DNA of 64,000 nt, taken from assembly GCA_965287045.1 (NCBI GenBank), contig OZ336878.1:47492001-47556000 (forward strand), given 5' to 3'. The position numbers and the translations under genes are program-made. The notes below the pieces were generated by a model. The model saw nothing but the letters and a program-made list of their open reading frames with translations. It was not told where the DNA came from and ran no database searches. Below, one piece after another: positions 11,965-23,577 of this stretch (position 1 is the stretch's first letter; every line of letters starts with the position of its first letter). This DNA comes from Carcharhinus amblyrhynchos. Lineage: Eukaryota.

Positions 11965-12835
11965 AGAGTCATAGAGTCATAGAGGTTTACATCATGGAAA
12001 CAGGCCCTTCGGCCCAACTTGTCCATGCTGCCCAATTTTTATTTAAACCCCTAAGCTAATGGGCGGCACGGTAGCACAGTGGTCAGCACTGCTACCCCAC
12101 AGCTCCAGGGTCCCAGGTTCAACTCCCAGCTCGGGCCACTGTCCGTGTGGAGCCCGCACACCCCTCTCGAGTCTACGTGGGTTTCCCCCGGGCTCCCCAG
12201 CCTCCTCCCACAGCCCAAAGGTGCGCGGGCCAGGCCGACCGGCCACGCTAAGAAATTGCCCCCTGGTGTCCAGGGATGCATAGGTTAGAGGGATTAGTGG
12301 GTATAATATGTCGGGATATGGGGGTAGGGCCTGGGGGGGGATTGTGTTCGATGCAGACTCCATGGGCCGAAGGGCCTGCATTGTGGGATTCTATTCTATT
12401 CTAACCCCAATTGCCCGCATTTGGCCCATATCCTTCTATACCCATCGCTCCCATGTAACTATATAAATGCTTTTTAAAAGACAAAATTGTACCTGCCTCT
12501 ATACTACCTCTGGTACTTTGTTCCAGACACTCAACACCCAGTGTGAAAAAATTGCCCCTCTGGACACTTTTGTATCTCTCCCCTCTCACCTTAAACCTAT
12601 GCCCTCTAGTTTTAGACTCCCCTACCTTTGGGAAAACATATTGCCTATCCAGCTGATCTGTGCCCTTCATTATTTTATAGACCTCTATAAGATCAACCCT
12701 CAACCTCCTATACTCCAGAGAAAAAAGTCCTAGTCTATCCAGCCTCTCCTTATAACTCAAACCACCAAGTCTTGGTAGCATCCTAGTAAATCTTTTCTGC
12801 ACTCTTTCTAGTTTAATAATATCCTTTCTATAATA
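11965..12835 (-). mobile_element. CR1 LINE 3' end, interrupted by a SINE
   Basis: YYRKDIIKLERVQKRFTRMLP..LGLFSLEYRRLRVDLIEVYKIMKG; (CTATGACT)n tail near 11965. Confidence 0.92.
12061..12404 (+). mobile_element. HE1-like V-SINE with T>C hypermutation, nested antisense in the CR1 3' end
   Basis: Full tRNA head GGGCGGCACGGTAGCACAGTGG, body and (ATTCT)n tail; CR1 sequence continues on both sides. Confidence 0.9.
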
Positions 12836-14435
12836 TCTGTGGGAGAAACAGTTACTCTTTACATATCTTCCAGTTACCCGATCATCAGAGAGAAGTACCC
12901 CCAAGATGTGTTTTTGGATCTTCTTTGAGTCCCATTATTATTAATTCCCCAATCTCATCCACTTAGGGACCAACGTTTACTTTAGCCCTCTCTTCATTTT
13001 CAATGTACTTGTAGAAGCATCTGTTCGCATATTTTTGCTAATTTATTCTCACATTCTTGTTCATCCTTTGCAGGTTTCTAAAATTTCCCCAATATTTTGG
13101 TCTATCTCAAATCTTAGCAGTTCTGTATTTTTTTTTCGATTTGACAACATCCTGTACTGTGTTAGTCAGCCATGGATTATTCATCTTTCCTTCTCAATTG
13201 AATATATTGCATTGTCACTCCTACTGCTGTTTAGTCTTACTGCCATTTAAAGAAAGATTTGCCATTATACAGTGCCTCCCATGAGTTCAGGTTTTCCTAA
13301 AGCATTTCGCAGCAAATGAAGTGCCCTGGTGGATGCCTGCAGAGGGACCAGGAGAGGGGCCTGTCGAAGTACACTGCTTTGCCGAGCTGGAGCTGCCTTG
13401 CTGCCTGAATCTTGGAGCCAAGCTGTGCCCGACATTCACCACTACACCATTCCCAGGGGCATTCGACAGCTCTTCATCGGCATTGACGCTAGGAGCCCCC
13501 GGCCAGGTATCTGGACCGTAACCTGGGCTTGAGCACAATGCTGGTGTTCCTCATTCCAGATCCATCTAGGCAACCTCCAGCATCTCCTGGATCAGGAGCT
13601 GTAGTTTGTGGCTAGCCAGTGACAAAATCAAGCACAATACAGCCAGTAAACTCTACTCCTGATGGCTGATCTAAGTACAAAGTGTGTTGTTATTGCCCAG
13701 TGTGTTGTTAGAGCTGGTGGGGGCAGATAGGAATTTGAAATAACAGAGAAACAAGCAAATACATTTACAAACACAACAGAGACACACACATAAATTTAAA
13801 ACTAACGGAGATGCAGAAAAATACATTGATGACAAACAGAGTTGCACATAATGACACTTATATCTGATCAATAGCACACAAATAAAACCATTTATAAACA
13901 GTATACACAAATAAAATCAAATAATTATAAACCAATAGATAGAGATATGCAAATACTTTTATCAGCAGCATACAGATATAACTAATGCATAAACTGGGAA
14001 ATTAATAATAATGGGAGTTATGCACAAAGGCACTAAAGTTAATTGTTACAATTAATCTAAGAGTAAGAGAGATACATTAATTGAGCAACAGATTGATACA
14101 TATAAAAGCATTAATAAATCATGCACAAAGCATATATTAATTATGCACACATTTCATAAGTTGAAATGGATACATGTACACAACAACACAATCACAACAT
14201 TGTTAACTACACATTATATGAAACTTGCATACTCCTACATGAACATCAACAACACATAGTCACCGTTTAAAATAAGCATGACAATTTTACATTCACATGA
14301 TTATTGATTTAATCAAGAACGTAGAGGACATAGGGCTGCAAAACAGAAGCACAGAGTAATTTATAAATGGTGAGAGATTAGGAAGTGTTGATGAGAGAGA
14401 TCTGCAGGGTCCTCCTTGGAAGTTAGAACATTTTT

Positions 14436-14638
14436 GCTTCTTAGCCTTTTTGCTAAGATCAAGCATCAGTTCAAGCCCAAAATGGGGTACAATACCTTAA
14501 CTTGTCCCTTGTAGGGCCAATGAATTGGATTCAATTGGGTTTGAATTTGGAGCAAGTAAGGAATGAATTCAGGTTTGCCCAGTCCATTCTGAGCAATGAT
14601 TTTGCCATTTTAAGTTTTTTAAAAATTAAATTAAAAAC
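14436..14638 (+). mobile_element. U2 snRNA-headed short element, degenerate
   Basis: GCTTCTTAGCCTTTTTGCTAAGATCAAG matches U2 nt ~4-31; shares TCAAGCCCAA.A.GGG and TGAATTGGA with the 30.7-31.0 kb element; A-rich end. Confidence 0.6.
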
Positions 14639-14664
14639 CTGGGTGTCCTTAGATCATTGACTTG

Positions 14665-14945
14665 CTACCGTGCTGAAGGAGGCCATTCGACCCATTGAGT
14701 CTGCAACAGCAACAATCCCACCTAGGCCCTATCCCATAACCCCATGTATTTACCCTGCAAAACTCTCTGACACTAAAGGGCAATTTAGCATGGCCAATCT
14801 AACACCTTTGGAGTGTGGGAGGAAACCATGCAAACATGGGAAGAACACGCAAGCTCCACAGAGACAGTCACCTAATGCTGGAATTGAACCCAGGTCCCTG
14901 CCACTGTGAGGCAGCTGCGCTCGCCACAGTGCCACTGTGTCACCC
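14665..14945 (-). mobile_element. HE1-like V-SINE
   Basis: Reverse complement of the SINE seen elsewhere in the window. Confidence 0.8.
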
Positions 14946-14949
14946 TTGT

Positions 14950-15140
14950 TCATAGAACAAAGAACAAAGAACAAAAACAGCTCGGGAAACAGGCCCTTCG
15001 GCCCAATGAGCCCACAGCGCCATTTTAACATTACCAGTACCCCCTCCACCCATGACCCTTATCTATGCTTATGGCATTCCACATTGAGGGAAACTAATTT
15101 AGGGACAATTTATTACCTCCAATCAGCCTCATAGCACATC
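14950..15140 (-). mobile_element. 3' part of a second V-SINE family with CR1-type tail
   Basis: (AAGAACA)n..GGGAAACAGGCCCTTCGGCCCAA.GAGCCCAC shared with the 58.5 kb copy. Confidence 0.65.
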
Positions 15141-15855
15141 ACTGAAAGCCAACATACAGTTCTGGGAAGCAATTAAGAAGGTTTTGGCCTTTATTGCAAG
15201 AGGATTTGAATATAGAAATAAGAATTTCCTGCAATTGTATAGATCCTTGGTGAGACTGTGCCTGCAGCATTGAATGCAGCATTTTGCTCTACTCGCCTAA
15301 TGAAGAATATATTTGTGTTATGAACAACGTATAATTTTAAGTTGAATTTATATATGTATGTAAATACCTGTGAGTTAAGAAAGGTAAAATGATTTCAGTT
15401 TCGGGAGTATCACAGCTAAAAGTAACTAGAATTCAGCAGCAAGTGAAAAAGCTTGAACTTTTAAAAGAAAAGGAAATGAAACAAATGAAATAGGAAAAGA
15501 AAAAATTAAATTAAAAATAACTTGAATTAAAGACACAAAAGAAAGGACAAAAGAAACGGAAATTAAAAAGTTCACATTAGAAAATTAAATAAAAGAAGGA
15601 TTAAAAGAAATGGAAATGCGAAAGTTTGCGCTTGAGTTTCAAAGAAAGAAATAAATTAGATTCATGACTTGGCTGGAGAAAAGCTTAGACTAAAGAAAGG
15701 AGAAATAGCGGTTCAGTGGATGCGTATGATTCCACTGAGGCTTTTGATTTAGTTAAAAGTCTTTGATTAGTGCCGAAGTTTACAGAGGATGGATTGAAAG
15801 GTATTTGAAAAGACAGCTGTGAAGTTGAAGTGTCCAAAGGGTGCTTGGACTCATA

Positions 15856-17062
15856 TGGCCCTATTTTCCCATTGCGTTGTGCCATTTTTGGGTGCAAAAA
15901 CATGATAAAGCTGATGTGAGGCCATTAACGCGATCTGCTCCCACATCGCACAGATTGCCAGTTTACCGAAACGCAGGAATGGCGGAAATCCGCTTCGCGC
16001 CCAAAACAGGCGCAACGGCATGCATTTAAATTGAATCAATGAACGGCCCGCCCGACTCTATCAGCATTTCCCCCTTTTCCCCTTTTACCACTGCGTTCGC
16101 CAATCCGGAACCGCACCTTAATGGACCTGCCAAATAAAAGTTTGAACTGGGCGCTCCAGCTTCTGAAGAGCAAGTTCAGAGCTTCCAACAGCTCTCTGGC
16201 TCAGGTAGTGGTGGTGGTGGTGGATGGGGGTGGGGGCGGGGTGGGGGGGTGGCAGAAGTGGGGAGTGCAGCCAGTTTGTTGTTGGGGGGCAGGGAAATGA
16301 GGTCAGATCATTGTCTGGAGGGCGGTGAGTGAGGTCAGATCGTGGGGTGGGGGGTGGGGGAGAAGGGAAGTGGGTAAGATGTATCTCGGTGGGGTGGGGA
16401 GGCCTGGTCGCTCACTAGTGGGAGGGAGCAGATGGATCTCTGGTGGGGGGGGGGGTAGATGGATCTCTGGTGGGGGGCAGGGGAGTCTGCTGCCACTCTG
16501 CGGGCGATCGGTGGGGAGGGGACAGGGTGGCAATCAGTCTAGGTAGTGAGGAGGGTGGATAAGGGGGACAGTGATGTGTGTGGGTAGTGGGGGGGGTGGA
16601 TAAGGGGGACAGTGATGTGTGTGGGTAGTGGGGGGGGTGGATAAGGGGGACAGTGATGTGTGTGGGTAGTTGGGGCGGTGGATAACGGAATAGCAATGTG
16701 TGTGGGTAGTTGGGGGGGTGAGTAAGGGGGACAGTGATGTGTGTGGGTAACAGGGTGGATGGATAAAGGGGACAGTGGTGTATGTGTGCACCATTGCTGC
16801 CGCTTTTCGTTCCCAGGCCACTTTCTCCACTTCCTGTGGCTCAGGAGCGATTTGACACAAGTGCGTTTTTTCAAATGTTTTTCTAACTGCGCATGTGCAG
16901 TTCAGAGCTCCGATCGTTTCGGCCGCGCTAAACCCCACCCACAGCATGAATGGGACTGGAGATGGCAGAGAGCATATGGGGGCGGCTGAAAGCAGATTTC
17001 TAAATCGGATCTGCATTACACCCAGATTCAGCACTTAGAATGAAAATGGTAAAATTAGGCCC
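15856..17062. mobile_element. Non-autonomous Harbinger-like DNA transposon (MITE)
   Basis: TIRs GGCCCTATTTTCCCATT / AATGGTAAAATTAGGCCC, 3-bp TSD ATA; related copy at 59.8-60.5 kb. Confidence 0.75.
16555..16785 (+). repeat. G-rich minisatellite, ~41-43 bp unit, 5-6 copies
   Basis: GTGGATAAGGGGGACAGTGATGTGTGTGGGTAGTGGGGGG repeated. Confidence 0.9.
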
Positions 17063-17811
17063 ATAGTTACAGTGTCTTGACACTGTGTATACAAGTCTGC
17101 CAGCAGAACAATCTGAAAACTATGAAGCAGTTAAAAGAGGAATGCCAAATGTTTAAGTGCTTGTCCCTGAAGCTTATTGATTAAAGTTTATGACCATAAA
17201 GGAAAAGCATAATTTGTTGAATTTGCGAAAGAGAAAGAAATGGCTTGGTGTCAACAGTTTCACTCAGTAAAGTTGAAATTGAATTTTATTAACATGAGGG
17301 AAATTATGATGATGAAAAGATTTCACAACGGCATCCAATAACCATTATGACTTACTCAGATGAGCATCAAATATCAAAGATCCAAGAAGCTGCAATGTTG
17401 GGAACCAACAGGAAAGTGGAAGAATAATGAATCTGCTGATGGAAAAGCTATTGGCTCTAGGGAACAGATAGAAGGATGTTAAAATTGGACATATTGTTAA
17501 TAACTGGAAATTAATTGGGAGAGCTATTGCAGTAATAGGGATACCTACAGAATATTTAGGAGAAACTGACATAGGCAAGGAGACAAGTGACAAAATGATA
17601 GCCAGAGTGCAAGTGCAAGGTGAAGGCTCAGAATCTACCAAAGCAGTAAAGATAATTCCTCAACCTAGTCAAGTAAATTCACAAAAACAAATTGCAGGAG
17701 AGTTTAAAGATTTTCTTTATGGAGGAGGGGTATTCCCTTATTCTTCTAATTAAGGGAGTAAACTAATAAACGTATTGAGAGACACTGGAGCAAGTCAATC
17801 ACTGATGCTGG

Positions 17812-18240
17812 TTGATGTCTGCCAGGCTGAGGGGCGTGTGGGGGGGTTGCCACTGCTGGCGGAGGGGTGGGCTGTGCATCAGGGCACTCTGGGATGGGGG
17901 GGAAGGGTGTTGGGGGGAATGAGGCGGTCAGGACTGGCCTGGGAATTGCTGTGGGGGCTGTGATCAATCCATGCGTGTGGAGGGGGACTGGAGGGGGACT
18001 GGTACCGCGGGGGGATTGAGCTGGCCAGCAAATGGGAAGTCTGACAGATCGGAATGACTGTGCGCATGTGCAGAGTTCCAGAACTGTCAGACTCCAGAGT
18101 GAATAGGCCTCACCCATTCACGACTGGGATCTCTGCAGTGCACAAAGTGCGGAGATTCAGGTGAGAAGCTGAACTGACAAAATGGTTGGGATTTAGAACA
18201 GTTTTCTTGCCAATTCAGCAGTTCTGGGAGAATCAACCCC
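17812..18240. mobile_element. Harbinger-like non-autonomous element fragment
   Basis: GC-rich, ends GGGAGAATCAACCCC like 29.53-29.83 kb; GCGCATGTGCAG motif. Confidence 0.55.
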
Positions 18241-20039
18241 GTTGGTTCAATTTTTCACAAGACGTGGATTACCTAAGGATCTACAATCAGATCAAGGCTC
18301 AAATTGTATGATACAAATATTCAAAGAAATAATGAATATTTGGGAATAAAACAATTTAAGTTTTTAGTTTATCATCCACAATCGCAAGGAACTTTAGAAA
18401 GATGGCATCAAACTTTAAAGTCCATGAATTAAGCCTATTGTCAGGTATGCCCTAATATAATTTATACTCACTATATAGGCTCACAAGTGAAGAATGGCAA
18501 ATTGTAAAAGGTTAAGAACAAGAAATACCTTTAATGATGTCCTCCTCTTAGAATATAAGCTACCAGATTAAGGCAGTAATGGCTTGTCCATTCAGAGAAT
18601 CCTGCATGTATACATCTTATGGAGCGTCAGGGTTACTGCACTCTGGGTTGATACCCTACCCAAGTGTTGCTTACTGTGTAAATAAATCTAAACTTGGTGA
18701 AGGAACTCCAGCCTCAGAAGTTATTTCAAAGACGGTCCACAACAGTCAAAGAACCTCATACCCAAACATAAGTCAATATGTTCAGAATGGAATGGAAAAT
18801 AGAGAAAGAAATCATTGGAGAGTCTGGTTGGGGTTGTTGGGGGTGGGTGGGATGGGCTGGGTGAAGGAGGAATGTTTCAGGATTATCAAAGTTCACAAAT
18901 CCCTGTTAATTAAAACAGATGTAGTCATTCAAATTAAATGTGGTTTTGAATCTTATTTTTTGACAGCATTGGGATCCAGCCACCTGTATTGCTTCTTATA
19001 CTGCATTCCCTATATTCTGATTGCACAACTTTGACTGCGGATGCCATCCATCCTGTAGAGTAACGGCCAAAAATCAAAACAAAACCTGTACCTGAAAAAG
19101 CTATAATTTCAATGATAAATTAATTTCCAAACACTGTCAAATGTGCACTATTCATAAAGTTATGAATTTTCCACAATATTTCACTGGAGTTTATTATATA
19201 ATACCATAGTTTTAAACTGCATTCAGATGAAAGGCTGCATCCTCTGTTTACATTCTTTGTAAGGGTTTTGCTTTGTATCACAGAAAAACATAAAAAGGAA
19301 CCAAGGCTTCTAAGCTGAGACACATTTATTGGAAAGCTAATGTCGTTAAGGGGAGAAATATCGTGACAGAAATCCTTAGAACCCACTGTCCTTTAGATGT
19401 GAAATGGCACTATTAGAAGCAAACCAGCAAGCTAAAGGGATTATTACCTGTATCAGCCTATGAAGACCACATTGTAAGAAGCGTGATATAACTTCCATTA
19501 TTCATTTGATCTACACTGTGTCATCTGTTGACTAAAATGAAGGAGACAAAGCCAAAGGCATTAAGGAAAGCTTCTGATTTTTCGAATAATTAAGCTCATA
19601 TTTATCCTGCTAATCAGCACAGCAGATCTAGCCATGTTCGGCCTCAACACTAGCAGCAAAATTAAGAATATTAACATGGAGTGTCAATATTTTACAGAAA
19701 ATAAAAAATAAAATCACAACATAATCCAATAAATTTGAAGTTCTGACATTAAATAAAACCACATATTTGAATAGCTCACGTTATAATTATTTGCTTATTT
19801 CACTACTTGAATACATGGGGTGGGATTTTCCAGCAGCACAAATCCCACCTTTGCATGGTCCCTCCCCTCCCCATGCCCCCGCCTGTTATGATTCCTGTTG
19901 TGGCAGGACAAGAAAATACCATCCATTGTGTAAAAACTCAAATGGCTAAACTGTATAACAATCCTGCATAATCCTGTGCAACAAGCCCCCTTCACGTGTA
20001 GTTATTGTTGAAATAACTAAAAGCTGCATACAAATTAAA

Positions 20040-20735
20040 AGTAGGCCACTCAGCACCTCAAGCTTGCTTCACCATTCAGTAAGATCATGGCAGATCTGAC
20101 TGTAACCACATCCTCACATTCCTGCCTAACCCTGATAATGTTTCACCACCTTGTTAATCAAGAAGCTAGCTAGCTCTGCCTTAAAGATATTCATATAATC
20201 CACTGTCTTTTGAGGAAGAGAATTCCAGAGAGTCTGAGAGAAAGAACTTCTCTTCACCTCTGCCTTAAATGAACGACACCTTATTTTTAAACAGTGACCC
20301 CAGTTCTAGATTCTTTGACAAAAGGAAACATCCTTTTCACATTCACCCAGTCAATACCCCTCAGGATATTGATGTTTTCAATCAAGTCACCGCCTACTCT
20401 TCTAAACTCTAGCAGATACAAACCTATCATCTCCATCCTTTCTTCAACCCAGAACCAAGGGTCACAATTTGAAGATTCAGGGTAGACCATTTAGGACGAG
20501 GTGAGGAGACATTTCTTCACCCAAAGAGTGGTGAGTCTGTGGAATTCATTACCACAGGAAGTAGTTGATGTCAAAACATTGAATGTATTCAAGAGCCATT
20601 TGGATAAAGCACTTGGGGCAAATGGGATCAAAGGTTATGGGGAAAAAGCAGGATTAGGCTATTGAGTTGGATGATCAGCCATGAATGGCAGAGCAGGCTC
20701 GAAAGGCCAAATGGCCTCCTCCTGCTCCGATCTTC
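20040..20735. mobile_element. Two CR1 3' fragments in opposite orientation (minus 20040-20440, plus 20445-20735)
   Basis: IGLYLLEFRRVGGDLIE on minus; FFTQRVVSLWNSLP on plus. Confidence 0.8.
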
Positions 20736-20764
20736 TACGTAGCCAAACAGGCCATCTAAAATGG

Positions 20765-21537
20765 TGTTTTGTAAAGCACTCTGGGACAACTGGGCAAGAA
20801 ACTAAACCAACAGGCTGCAGTTTAAAGACAGACAAACAGGCTGCAACCCTGATGAGTGAATACACAGGATATGGGCCATCTCCAGAAAGAAGAAGACTTC
20901 CTGATCATGCTGGGTTGTGTGCCAGACATAAAGGCACCGTGAATCCTTATTTAGGTGGAAGGTTTGTGACCTATGTGCCTACAACACCTACAGACATGGC
21001 CGCTGGGGACACACCCAGAGATCGGTGTTGTAGCACCTGATTGGACTCTTATCGATCAGGGTGATCAAGTCCTGATTGATTATTGGCAATGGCCAAAAAG
21101 GAGCATGAAACCAAACGGGGTATAAAGAGTGCTGCACAACCAGGAATCTCTCTCTCTCTCTCTGACCACACGAATGAGCTGCAACGATGGTGAACATCAC
21201 CAGCAAGAGGAGAGCTACCACACCCGAGAAGGAAGGAAGAAAGACCTCAGCCAGAATGCCAGACCAGACCAATGGACCAAACTACATCGACAACTACCAA
21301 GACCAGCACACAGATAAAGGCCAATATCTGTTTGGGTACATGTCAGTCACACAACGTTAAGTCAAGGTCTTGTATTGTACTTGAATTCTAGTATTTTCTG
21401 TAAGATAACTTATTGTTGGTCGGGTGGGTGATTATTGATTGTGCAGGTTTAAATAAATATTGTTTGTACTAATAAGACGTCTACTCAAAGTTATTTGACC
21501 ACCGTATAAGGGTTAAAACAGACTGATTTTTACAACA
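20765..21537 (+). mobile_element. Probable solo LTR
   Basis: TGTT..GTAAA / TTTACAACA termini, ATTGG at 21040 and 21082, TATAAA at 21121, AATAAA at 21452; no clear TSD. Confidence 0.6.
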
Positions 21538-22571
21538 CTATGTTTCATAAGGCACTTAAATTTGTTTTCTATGAAGGTGACAAAAATGTTGATGAGCTAA
21601 AGTAGGAACCCACTGTTAGAATCAGGCACACCAAGGTCAGTTATTGAATGGTTAGATGCAAAAAAACTCCCCCCATTTCATTGCTCTGTCTCAGACAAAT
21701 GACCCTTCCCGTGCCAAGATAATGTTCCCATTCCAATCACACTCTGGCAGCCAAGGCAAAAGAATCATCACATAATATATACTGACATAAACCTATGTCC
21801 CCTAGTACTTGACTTTTCTACCCTAGGAAAGAGCATCTGACTATCCACTCTGTCCGTGCCGTTCATAATCTTGTAGGTCTATCAGATCACCCCTCAACTT
21901 CCATCGTTCCAGTGAGAAAAACTAAGTTTATCCAACCTCTCCTCATAGCTAATACCTCCAGTCCAGGCAACATCCTGGTAAACCTCTTCCGTACTGTCTC
22001 CAAAGTATCCACATCCTTCCAGTAGTGTGGCAAACAGAATTATACACAATATTCCAAATGAGATCTAACTAAGATTCAGTACAGCTGCAGCATGATCTGC
22101 CAATTTTAATACTCAATGCCCCGACTGATGAAGACAAGCATGCTGGTATGCTTTCTTGACTACCTTATCCGCCTGCATTGCCACTTTCAATGATCGGTGG
22201 ACATATACGCCCAGATCTCTCTGCCTATCAATACTCCTAAGGGCTCTACCATTTACTGTATAATTCCTATGTGCATGGACCTTCCAAAATGTATTATCTC
22301 ACACTTCTCCAGATTAAACTCCAATTGCTATTTCTCCACCCAAGTCTCCAACCAGCCTATATCTTGCTGTATCCTCTGACAATCTTCTTCACTATCTCCA
22401 ACTCTACCAATCTTTGTGTCGTCTGCAAACTTACTTATCAGACCAGCTACATTTTCTTCCAATCATTTATATATACTATGAACAACAAAGATCCCAGAAC
22501 TAATCCCTATGGAGCACCGCTAGTCACAGACTTCCATTCCATACATGCTATCCTCTGTATTCTATGGCCAA

Positions 22572-23577
22572 TGATGTGGAGATGCCGGTGTTAGACTGGG
22601 ATAAACACAGTAAGAAGTCCCACAATACCCCAGATTAAAGTCCAACAGGTTTATTTGGTAGCAAAAGCCAATAGCTTTCGGAGCACTTGCGGCTCCTTCG
22701 TCAGGTGAGTGAGAGTTCTGTTCACAAACAGGGCGTATAAAGACACAAACTCAATTTACAAAATGGAATGCGAGTCTTTACAGCTAATCAAGTCTCAAAG
22801 GTACAGACAATGTGAGTGGAGAGATCGTTAAGCACAGGTTAAAGAGATGTATGTTGTCTCCAGACAGGTCGGTTAGAGAGATTTTGCAAGCCCAGGCAAG
22901 TTGTGGGGGTTACGGATAGTGTGACATGAACACAGGATCCCGGTTGAGGCTGTCCTCATGTGTGAGCATCTCACTAAGGCCATCCCCACACCCTGACTTT
23001 TTGCCTTCAAACAACCGCACAATCTCAAATAGACTATTGTCCGCAGCAAACTGTTCAGGAGAGCAGTGACCACAACACCACACAACCCTGCCACAGCAAC
23101 CTCTGCAAGATGTGCCGGATCATTGACCCAGATGCCATCATCTCACATGAGAATACCATGACCAGGTACACGGTACACACTCTTGTAACTCAGCCAACGT
23201 TGTCTACCTGTTATGCTGCAGGAAAAGATGTTCTGAGGCATGGTACACTGGGGAGGCAATGCAGATGCTACGACAGTGGGCGAATGAACACCGCTCGACA
23301 ATCATCTTCCCGTTGGGGAACACTTCAGCAGTCACAGGCATTTGGCCTCTGATTTTCAGGTAAGCGTCATCCAAGGCGGCCTTCACGGCACATGACAGCG
23401 CAGAGTCGCTGATCAGAGGCTGATAGCCAAGTTCCGCACACATGAGGTTGGCCTCAATCAGATCTTGGGTTCATGTCACACTATCTGTAACCCCAATGAT
23501 TTGAAAGCTCTGAAAGCTAGTGGCTTTTGCTACCAAATAAACCTGTTGGACTTTAACCTGGTGTTGTGAGACTTCTT
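22572..23577. mobile_element. Penelope-like element with inverted 5' pLTR and GIY-YIG 3' part
   Basis: Minus pLTR 22572-22975 then plus GIY-YIG remnant; target duplication TCTATGGCCAA at 22561 and 23578. Confidence 0.88.
22668..22710 (-). ncRNA. Minimal hammerhead ribozyme in pLTR
   Basis: Minus: CAC-CTGACGA-A-GGAGC(CGCAAGT)GCTCC-GAA-AGCT-A-TTG; first stem I pair mismatched. Confidence 0.65.

Larger units (their letters stand above)
15330..18740 (+). mobile_element. Gmr1-like Gypsy LTR retrotransposon relic (gag, protease, integrase) with two nested DNA elements
   Basis: FDLVKSL.LVPKFTED; YEAVKR..LVPEAY; LRDTGASQSLML (protease); GLPKDLQSDQGSN..YHPQSQGTLERWHQTLKSM (integrase). Confidence 0.8.

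Noticed and set aside
16555-16785. Regularly spaced repeats as a CRISPR array
   Set aside because: Tandem units without unique spacers, no cas genes, eukaryotic context.
18579-19034. 151-aa ORF
   Set aside because: Spans a probable LTR end and flanking DNA; no motif.
20848-20900. CTGATGA as another hammerhead core
   Set aside because: No convincing stem II, stem III or stem I pairing.
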